Positions 38,645 to 45,325 of a stretch of DNA of 64,000 bases are shown here, piece by piece. Each line of letters opens with the position of its first letter. The stretch's first letter is position 1. The stretch covers positions 248,001 to 312,000 of the IMG/VR virus record IMGVR_UViG_3300020172_001601; one strand, written 5' to 3'. A program made the position numbers and the translations under genes. Below the pieces are notes generated by a model that had not been told where the DNA came from, searched no databases, and worked only from the letters and a program-made list of their open reading frames with translations.

Positions 38645-38872
38645 TTGACTTACCAAGAATTGAAAGCAAAGGTCAGTGCAGCACTTGGCGACGTTGGATT
38701 TTCCATCGAAGCGACGGACGACGGCCAGTTGGTCATTTATACCGACTTGAAAGAAGTCGAAGATCAGGACGAACTGGAGAACTACGAGCCGACGAATGAA
38801 CCCTTGGAATCATTGGACGACTTTCTGAGAGAAGAGTTGGGCGACAAAGACGCTTCCCTGTTTCTCAAGTAG
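38645..38872 (+). CDS. Small acidic protein
   Basis: AAGGA RBS, TTG start; stop is the motif TAG. Confidence 0.65.
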   Translation: MTYQELKAKVSAALGDVGFSIEATDDGQLVIYTDLKEVEDQDELENYEPTNEPLESLDDFLREELGDKDASLFLK

Positions 38873-38926
38873 GTCCAGTGTACCCTAGTGGGTGTAACGA
38901 ACAACCTCAACACGGAGAACTCTGCG

Positions 38927-39157
38927 ATGGCTATTACGCTGACCCCTTCCTATGGTCGTGACTACAAGAACGGCAAAGAAGTCCAAGAAGCCTGGGACGC
39001 TGGCAAGGACTTCACGATCAACTCCATCGGCCACCCGGACGATGGGCGGCAGATCAACAAGCAGGACGCCGAACGTGAGGGCGGCACCTTCAACATCCGG
39101 TACAAAAAACTGACCCAGATCAAGGTCATCAAGGTCAAGAAGGTCGCTGCGGCTTAG
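38927..39157 (+). CDS. Conserved phage hypothetical protein (PxYGRDYK...W..GKDF)
   Basis: GGAG RBS; stop is the motif TAG. Confidence 0.75.
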   Translation: MAITLTPSYGRDYKNGKEVQEAWDAGKDFTINSIGHPDDGRQINKQDAEREGGTFNIRYKKLTQIKVIKVKKVAAA

Positions 39158-39178
39158 GTCCAGTGTACCTTACACAGT

Positions 39179-39435
39179 GTAACGCCTCCCAAACATCGGC
39201 CTTGGGCAAGCCAATCAATCAGAATAAAGGAACCCCTTCCCATGAATGTCTGAAGTCCGCTAACTCCCCGGCGTAGTCATCCACGTTAGAGCGGGGCGGG
39301 ACTGCAAAGCGATGGCCGCACGTCAGCAATGGGCAGCATTGTGCTGGCTGACGTGTGAATGAAGTGCCTCCCAAACATTGGCCTTGGGCAAGCCGAAAGC
39401 AAATGCGTAGGGCAGGACCAACCTGCCCTTTTTTT
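39179..39435 (+). ncRNA. Candidate ncRNA bracketed by two 29-nt direct repeats
   Basis: gcctcccaaacatYggccttgggcaagcc at 39184 and 39366; terminator at 39410-39435. Confidence 0.6.
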
Positions 39436-39490
39436 GTTTTTGTTTGTGTAGGTCTATTGTACCCTAGAGGGTGTAACAAGCGAACAACAT

Positions 39491-39628
39491 GGCGGCGTAG
39501 CTCAACTGGCTAGAGCAACCATCATTATCGTAGCGATTGATCGGGGGTCCACGGTCAATGCGGCCAACGTGTGTACAGCGTTGGTTTGAGAGGATGGGAA
39601 GACGGGGGTTCGATGCCCTCCGCTGTCT
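39491..39628 (+). ncRNA. tRNA-like RNA with ~70-nt insert replacing the anticodon loop
   Basis: GGCGGCG/CGCTGTC acceptor, GCTC-AACTGGCTA-GAGC D-arm, CCATC/GATGG stem, GGGGG-TTCGATG-CCCTC T-arm. Confidence 0.75.
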
Positions 39629-39743
39629 GCTTACACTGTAGGGCATTTGCCCGAACAACGAGGCGTCAGAACACGCCTACAACCCCGAAAGGGGAGAGAG
39701 TGTAAGGTAGCCGTAGTGTACCCTAGTGGGCAGGAGAACAACA

Positions 39744-39902
39744 ATGCGAAAAACTGAAGGGGCAACCAAAGCCCACGCCTCTGTCGGGTATCACAAACAC
39801 CTTCGACCATTCGGCAAGCGACTGGCGAACAAAGCCACTCGCAAGAATGGCAAGCGTAGCACCAGTGTACCCTATGGGGCAGGAGACAAACATGGAAATT
39901 GA
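39744..39902 (+). CDS. Small basic protein reading through the motif (STSVP)
   Basis: AGGAG RBS. Confidence 0.55.
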   Translation: MRKTEGATKAHASVGYHKHLRPFGKRLANKATRKNGKRSTSVPYGAGDKHGN

Positions 39903-40263
39903 AGACGTGCGAAATACCCGATCCATGAGAATGGACCCGGAAAGCCCTGCGGAATACGACGAGATGGACGCCATCACCGCTGGCCCCAATGGTATGAAAT
40001 TGATGCCAGTGTTCAGCGGTGAGATGTTTCAACAGTCCGTTGCCTATCCCGTCATCGTGGAAGCATGGGACAAGAAGAACAGCGGACGCCACAAACGCCG
40101 ATGGGAAGCGACATTCACCCAAGCCGAACGGAACAAGATCAGCCGGTATTATGGCCGGTTTTACCGCTGGTATCTGGTCAGCGGCACGCCCAAACGTGTG
40201 TCACTGCAATTGAACACCTTGACCCTCCTGCAAAGGGCAGTGAACTTCTTCGCTGAATGTTAG
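39892..40263 (+). CDS. Hypothetical cassette protein
   Basis: AGGAG RBS; stop is the motif TAG. Confidence 0.75.
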   Translation: MEIEDVRNTRSMRMDPESPAEYDEMDAITAGPNGMKLMPVFSGEMFQQSVAYPVIVEAWDKKNSGRHKRRWEATFTQAERNKISRYYGRFYRWYLVSGTPKRVSLQLNTLTLLQRAVNFFAEC

Positions 40264-40284
40264 GGCTAGTGTACCCTAGAGGGC

Positions 40285-40578
40285 ATGATGAAAGACGCAT
40301 ACGGAAACGATCAAGTATATCTGGTCCAGCCCACAACTCTGGACTATGAGATCAGCTATGGTGGCGATGGTGTCAAAACATGCCAAGAGGGACGCTATCG
40401 ACACTATTTCACTGCCAGTGCTGGCGGTTTGTCGGGTAGCATTAGAATTCAATTGAACCGAGTCAGCGCCGAACGGTTTGCTGCCTATAACGGCCTGCGG
40501 TTGATAACCGACGTTGAACGTGAAGAAATTCAAGAAAGGTGGAGCGTCAGAGTGCCGGATTGGTCCAGTGTACCCTAG
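40285..40578 (+). CDS. Hypothetical protein (predicted leaderless)
   Basis: ATG exactly 7 nt after TACCCT; ends SSVP inside the next motif. Confidence 0.7.
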   Translation: MMKDAYGNDQVYLVQPTTLDYEISYGGDGVKTCQEGRYRHYFTASAGGLSGSIRIQLNRVSAERFAAYNGLRLITDVEREEIQERWSVRVPDWSSVP

Positions 40579-40615
40579 ACGGTGTAACGATCACTCAACC
40601 CTGCGGAGAATGACA

Positions 40616-40867
40616 ATGGTTCAATTGAAAGTCGTGGCTGTGTCGAGCAACCACAATAGTTTCGGCCTGCGAAACATGATCCTCATCGGGGACAATGGCG
40701 AAGGCTGGCAAGCTGCGGCCAATGACCTGAACGTGAAGCCGAAGGATACCATCCTGCGGATACCCGAAGGGCAGGACATTCCCACGTTCCTGACGCTGCA
40801 ATCTTTCGAGATTCCTTCACAACTGGCCGACCCGCCTGCCGAACTATTGAAAGAAGTTTGGGGCTAG
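40616..40867 (+). CDS. Hypothetical cassette protein
   Basis: GGAG RBS; stop is the motif TAG. Confidence 0.7.
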   Translation: MVQLKVVAVSSNHNSFGLRNMILIGDNGEGWQAAANDLNVKPKDTILRIPEGQDIPTFLTLQSFEIPSQLADPPAELLKEVWG

Positions 40868-40925
40868 GTCCAGTGTACCCTAGAGGGTGTAAGGAACACT
40901 TCAGTCCTCTGCGAAAGGCAATGCG

Positions 40926-41261
40926 ATGTTGAGCCACAAAATTGCGATTTACATTCCTTCCACTGTCAACGGCAATCAGCCCGCCCCGGTTGATATGATC
41001 GAACGGTGGGTGCGGGCCAGCAAGATCAAGCTGGCCAACCTGTTCGGTGGGTTTACGACCTACAACGGGCAAGGGGGATGGTACTCGCCCGAACACGGTT
41101 TGATCGAAGAGAACGTGATTATCGTTCAAGCGTTCACCGATCAAGAGGGGCTGACCAAACTGGACAAAGTGAACGAACTGGCGAAGGAAATCGCCAGCGA
41201 CATGGGCCAGGAAATGGTGTCGGTCGAAGTCGATGGAACACTCAACTTCGTGACAGCGTAA
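40926..41261 (+). CDS. Conserved hypothetical protein (FGGxT...G.W...E, DUF3574-like)
   Basis: Motif pattern; followed by a terminator. Confidence 0.7.
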   Translation: MLSHKIAIYIPSTVNGNQPAPVDMIERWVRASKIKLANLFGGFTTYNGQGGWYSPEHGLIEENVIIVQAFTDQEGLTKLDKVNELAKEIASDMGQEMVSVEVDGTLNFVTA

Positions 41262-41329
41262 GGCAGGGACGGGCAGTAATGCCCGTCTTTTTTTCTGAGT
41301 TTGTGTAGGTCTATTGTACCCTAGAGAAC

Positions 41330-41596
41330 ATGAGAGTCAGCAACACATTATTGATTTCCCTGTTTTATGAACCGGGAACGTCACATATTGCCGGAATTGA
41401 AAACCGAGCAATACAAGCGATGGAATTGGGGATGATTTCAGAACTCCCCAAGATCACTGTGGCGAAAAGTGAGAAGACACCATTCTGGCACTTGAAGCTG
41501 GAAGTCAAGGATGAAGATCGGCCATTCTGGTTCGGTTTTTACTTAGGGAAAGACTTCTGCATCAACAATCGACCAATCACTGTCGGCTGTGATTAG
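41330..41596 (+). CDS. Hypothetical protein (predicted leaderless)
   Basis: ATG exactly 7 nt after TACCCT; stop is the motif TAG. Confidence 0.7.
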   Translation: MRVSNTLLISLFYEPGTSHIAGIENRAIQAMELGMISELPKITVAKSEKTPFWHLKLEVKDEDRPFWFGFYLGKDFCINNRPITVGCD

Positions 41597-41650
41597 GTCC
41601 AGTGTACCCTAGAGGGTGTAAGGAACACTTAACCCCCTGCGAGATACGCC

Positions 41651-41836
41651 ATGCCGAAGAAAATGGATCATGCCGCCTACCAACGTGGTCTGCGGTCGAA
41701 GTCGGTTGCTCAACTCCAATTTATTGCGAAGGATGCCAACGAAGCCGCCACGGTTAACCCGCAAGGCGAAAACGCTGGCTACTACGCCGACGAAGTGCAT
41801 TATGCACTCGCCGAACTCAAACGTCGTCAAGGATGA
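41651..41836 (+). CDS. Small conserved phage protein (YY.DE.HY...EL.RR)
   Basis: Follows motif and leader. Confidence 0.7.
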   Translation: MPKKMDHAAYQRGLRSKSVAQLQFIAKDANEAATVNPQGENAGYYADEVHYALAELKRRQG

Positions 41837-41841
41837 AAAAC

Positions 41842-42012
41842 ATGAAACTGGCAAGCATAGCGGTCGCATTCCTCCTGTTGGCGGGATGCGCCGCTCCTCC
41901 GAGACATTGGGAAGCTCCCCGTGAGCATTACCACAAGGAATTAAGCGTCGAAGTCCGGGAAAGCGGCGATGGCCGTCCCCAAGTCGTTGCTACGTTCAAA
42001 ATCACCAACTAG
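41842..42012 (+). CDS. Small lipoprotein
   Basis: MKLASIAVAFLLLAGC lipobox; stop is the motif TAG; not in the ORF track (56 aa). Confidence 0.7.
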   Translation: MKLASIAVAFLLLAGCAAPPRHWEAPREHYHKELSVEVRESGDGRPQVVATFKITN

Positions 42013-42066
42013 GTCCAGTGTACCCTATATGGTGTGAAGGACACCAACAAAAAGGGAAACCAAGCC

Positions 42067-42252
42067 ATGCACACAACGACCGCACGAAAGGACAACAAGA
42101 AAACAACAATCGTTCTGCCGCCGCTTCCACCGTGGCAAGTGGCGAAGGGACACCAACAACACCGTGGCGGGGCAGGCACTCACGCCGACCGCCGCACGAA
42201 CCGTCAACGGACACGAGCCGCCCAACAACGGGCAGCAGTGTCAGATGACTGA
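42067..42252 (+). CDS. Small basic protein
   Basis: Follows motif; H.D.R..R.RTR motif. Confidence 0.6.
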   Translation: MHTTTARKDNKKTTIVLPPLPPWQVAKGHQQHRGGAGTHADRRTNRQRTRAAQQRAAVSDD

Positions 42253-42434
42253 AAGGCACCATCATGTGCAAACTAAACTCTAAGGCAAGGAGGCTGCAAA
42301 AGGCAAGACGTTGGGCTGAAAAGATGCTGATCGACCTGAAGACGTGGCCCGGTGGACTTGAAGACTTCGCCGAAGCACTTAGGTCCAGTGTACCCTATAT
42401 GGTGTGAAGAACACTCAACCCTGCGAGATCAATC

Positions 42435-42662
42435 ATGAAGACCGAACCGAAGACGTTCCGCTTGGGCAGCAACGACATGGTTTCTGCCCCCGGCATCCTC
42501 AAGTGGGCCATGAATGGCTACAAATTCAAACGTGACCGCAAGAAGATGGTCAACGTGATGAAAGCGTGGGAGGGCCTGACCGATGCCCAATGGGGCAAGG
42601 TGCTGGCGGGTGAAATCCCCCACACCATCGAAGGCGATGTCGTGGTAATCACCATCGAATGA
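42435..42662 (+). CDS. Hypothetical cassette protein
   Basis: Followed by a terminator at 42668-42697. Confidence 0.7.
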   Translation: MKTEPKTFRLGSNDMVSAPGILKWAMNGYKFKRDRKKMVNVMKAWEGLTDAQWGKVLAGEIPHTIEGDVVVITIE

Positions 42663-42755
42663 CAACAAAGGGCAGCAAGTCGCTGCCCTTTTCTTTTATG
42701 TTTTTGTGTAGGTCTATTGTACCCTAGTGGGTGTCACACAAAGGAGACAATTGCG

Positions 42756-43103
42756 ATGATTACCAAAGTATCTGCTGACACGTTTCACAATGATGTTTAC
42801 CACCACGATGGCCCTGTCGTCGTGACCTTCGGCTATACGGGCTGCGGCCCATGCCGTTCCTTGCAACCCAGCCTTGAGAAGCTGGCCGAAACTGGCGTCA
42901 AGGTCGTCAAGGTCGATATTGTCGATGACCCTGACATTGCCACGCACTTCGGCATCAGCAGCGTGCCGACAACCCTGTTCTTCGCCCGTGGCGAACCACG
43001 ATTGTCGTTCAATGGCGTTGCCAACGTCAAGAAGCTGCAAGCACTGCTGGCTGAAGCCGTGGCCGATGGCGAGAAGTCGCCCGCCGACCACGCCCATGCC
43101 TAG
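42756..43103 (+). CDS. Thioredoxin
   Basis: YTGCGPC active site; FGISSVPT cis-Pro loop; stop is the motif TAG. Confidence 0.88.
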   Translation: MITKVSADTFHNDVYHHDGPVVVTFGYTGCGPCRSLQPSLEKLAETGVKVVKVDIVDDPDIATHFGISSVPTTLFFARGEPRLSFNGVANVKKLQALLAEAVADGEKSPADHAHA

Positions 43104-43157
43104 CCCTAGTGTACCCTATAGGGTGTGATGGAACGAAACCTTCAACGGAGAACTGCG

Positions 43158-43397
43158 ATGGCTAACGGTTGGCATGAAGACTTTGAAGACGAAACCTTCC
43201 CGCCCGAACTGCACGAGCAGGAAGACTGGAGCGAACTCGAAGAAGACTTCGACGACGAAGAGTTCGACGATGACGAATTCGAGGACGATGACGGCGAACT
43301 GGCCCGTGACCTGATCCTTGAACGTCAGGAACTCGAAGACTTCGAGGGCCTTGATCCCTTCGAGGATCGCTACGACTACGAAGGCGACGGCTTCTAA
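43158..43397 (+). CDS. Extremely acidic small protein (DNA-mimic candidate)
   Basis: About half of the residues are D/E, interspersed with aromatics. Confidence 0.7.
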   Translation: MANGWHEDFEDETFPPELHEQEDWSELEEDFDDEEFDDDEFEDDDGELARDLILERQELEDFEGLDPFEDRYDYEGDGF

Positions 43398-43513
43398 GGG
43401 CAACGAAGGACAGGGAAAGCCTCCCTGTCCTTTTTCTTTCTGAGTTTGTGTAGGTCTATTGTACCCTAGTGGGTGTGTCGAAGAGAACGAAACCTGTCCA
43501 ACGGAGAACTGCA

Positions 43514-43699
43514 ATGGTGACTGCGACCATCGAAGGCAACGAACTCGTGATTCGCCTTCCCCTCAACACGCCCCGGCCCAGCGCCACGGGCAAGACGCTC
43601 GTGGTTGCCACGAGCAGCGGCAACAAGGCCACCGAAGCCGAAGTCAACGGGCAAAAGGTAGTCGTCGGCGTCAACGCCTACATCTACCCGCCCAAATAG
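43514..43699 (+). CDS. Small conserved protein (PSxTGKTxVVA...GN...GVNAY)
   Basis: GGAG RBS. Confidence 0.75.
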   Translation: MVTATIEGNELVIRLPLNTPRPSATGKTLVVATSSGNKATEAEVNGQKVVVGVNAYIYPPK

Positions 43700-43779
43700 T
43701 CAACAAAAGGCAACACTAGGGTACGTCCAGTGTACCCTAGTGTGTGTTGGGATCAATCACCTTCACTCAAGGATCGACC

Positions 43780-44025
43780 ATGCGAGTATTGGCTAAGACG
43801 TTCGGCTGGCTTGTCGTCAGTGGGCTTATCATCTTCATCAGCAACCTGAGCGCCGGTGTCGATTGGAAAGTCGCCCTGATCGGTGCGGCTGTTGCGAAGA
43901 TCGGCACGACCATTGCCTACTTCTTCTACGAAATCGGCTTCGAGAAGGCGTGGAAACGTCAGCCAAAGGCAACGACGGTCACGGCAACAACGGCATCGGC
44001 AACGCCATGCCCTTGCCCGGCTTAG
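43780..44025 (+). CDS. Small 2-TM membrane protein (DUF2061-like)
   Basis: KT..W...K...YF.YE pattern; stop is the motif TAG. Confidence 0.65.
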   Translation: MRVLAKTFGWLVVSGLIIFISNLSAGVDWKVALIGAAVAKIGTTIAYFFYEIGFEKAWKRQPKATTVTATTASATPCPCPA

Positions 44026-44093
44026 GGCTAGTGTACCCTAGAGGGTGTCCAACACGGACGAACGACAACCCCCTGCGAATGAGGAACTGAGTT

Positions 44094-44501
44094 ATGGCCA
44101 CTACTGAAGTCAAGCTGGTATCGGAAATCATCGAAGCTGTCCCCGGCGTCAAGCGTGCGTTCCACGTCTTCACGCCAGCCCTTCAGCATCGCCTTGAGAA
44201 CAACGCCAGCAACCTGCCGGTGATGGCCCTGCGGTCTTCAATCCACAACTACGGCAAGATGAAGCTGTACGCTCGCATCGAATGCCTTGGGCCGTCCAGC
44301 CTTGACCCGCTGTTCGGCAACCCACTGCCCGGCACGGGTGGCCGTGGCGTGGCAATCATGTTCACCGAATTCCCCCTTCGGGTATGGTATCCCGAAGGGC
44401 AAAAGCCCCCGGTCGTTGACACGCCGGACGGACGCAACCCGAAGGACATACTTGAGGAAGTCAAGCTCAAGTATGAACTCGCCTTCCACGACGATTTCTA
44501 A
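44094..44501 (+). CDS. Hypothetical cassette protein
   Basis: GAGG RBS; terminator at 44510-44540. Confidence 0.75.
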   Translation: MATTEVKLVSEIIEAVPGVKRAFHVFTPALQHRLENNASNLPVMALRSSIHNYGKMKLYARIECLGPSSLDPLFGNPLPGTGGRGVAIMFTEFPLRVWYPEGQKPPVVDTPDGRNPKDILEEVKLKYELAFHDDF

Positions 44502-44855
44502 TCGTCAGGAAAGGGCAGCAAGTCGCTGCCCTTTCTTTTTGTTTATGTTTGTGTAGGTCTATTGTACCCTAGAGGGCAAGGAGATCGGCACATGACCTTT
44601 CGAGAGTGGTATCGGATGACCGAACGTGAGATTCGGTGGAATCGCAGTTTCCTGTATCGTGTCTTCAACAAGATCGGACTCGCATGATTCGCAAAGCTCT
44701 GGCCTTCGTGGTCAACGTCTTCAACTTCCTCGTTCCTGCGAACCAAGGGCCGCAACCGACGCCGCCCAACTACTTCGGCCCCTGCCCGTAGTAGGTCAAG
44801 TGTACCCTAGTGAGTGCGGGCAATGTCGCCCGCCTCACTCTTGGGGTTTTACAAA

Positions 44856-44996
44856 ATGAAAAAGAAACATCGCAACGACAAGAACCACGGGCGCAACGGC
44901 TGGGTCGGTGGCAACCCACGCTATGCGGGCAAGGGATTCAAGAAGGGCGACCGAGCCAAGGCAAAGGCCGAAGCCCGTAGGTCCAGTGTACCCTAG
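44856..44996 (+). CDS. Small basic protein ending RRSSVP inside the motif
   Basis: K/R/G-rich; last unit of the array. Confidence 0.5.
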   Translation: MKKKHRNDKNHGRNGWVGGNPRYAGKGFKKGDRAKAKAEARRSSVP

Positions 44997-45325
44997 TGAG
45001 CTAGTGTACCCTATGGTGCATAGTGCATAGTGCATAGCATAGACTATGCACTTCTTTATTCAAAGAAGCATAGGGTACAATAGCCCTAACAATGTTGCAT
45101 AATTAAAAACAAAACAATTATTCGAGAAAACATTGGGTACAATAGACCTACCCACCCCCTCCCCCACGCAATGACTGTGTTTTCTTTTTAATGTCCAAAA
45201 GAAAAATCCTGGCCGGGGAAAACAAAAATCGCAAATCGGCAATTTTGAGTATGTCCTGCCACGATTTTGAGTTTTTGTGTGAACTCATCCTGAAAAAATC
45301 GCCGGGGCAAAAATTCTGGCCCTGG

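Larger units (their letters stand above)
17224..45150 (+). repeat. Dispersed array of ~61 direct copies of TAGGTCYAKTGTACCCT(AGTGGGT) opening each gene/ncRNA unit, plus 2 inverted copies at 45072-45088 and 45134-45150
   Basis: Approximate starts: 17224,17334,17496,18764,19408,20249,20532,22286,22575,23018,23372,24253,25304,25922,26470,27074,27507,28119,28363,29163,29636,30399,30738,31121,31551,32840,33492,33943,34277,34512,34841,35386,35987,36456,36666,36923,37411,37734,38091,38587,38870,39155,39449,39708,39857,40261,40560,40865,41306,41594,42010,42380,42709,43101,43451,43722,44023,44554,44792,44978,44996. Confidence 0.97.

Noticed and set aside
39184-39394. Mini-CRISPR or DGR template/variable repeat pair
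   Set aside because: Interval of 153 nt is too long for a spacer; the single mismatch is C/T rather than at adenine; no reverse transcriptase in the window.
27356-39628. Calling the two tRNA-like elements standard tRNAs or tmRNA
   Set aside because: No 7-nt anticodon loop can be assigned; they keep a D-stem and are too short for tmRNA, with no tag ORF.
19426-43780. ORF-track starts inside the motif (MGV..., MYPSG...)
   Set aside because: These starts lie upstream of the predicted +1 and lack an RBS; downstream ATGs with an RBS were used instead.
17395-45035. Numerous minus-strand ORFs in the array, many ending in or containing LGYTGP / RVHWT
   Set aside because: They are shadows of + strand genes; the recurring peptides are just the reverse translation of the motif.
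17224-45150. CRISPR array interpretation of the repeat
   Set aside because: Intervals are mostly 150-1800 bp, irregular, and contain intact genes with RBSs; no cas genes seen.
17224-45150. Classical integron (attC/IntI)
   Set aside because: No RYYYAAC...GTTRRRY boxes, no long imperfect attC palindromes and no integrase in the window.
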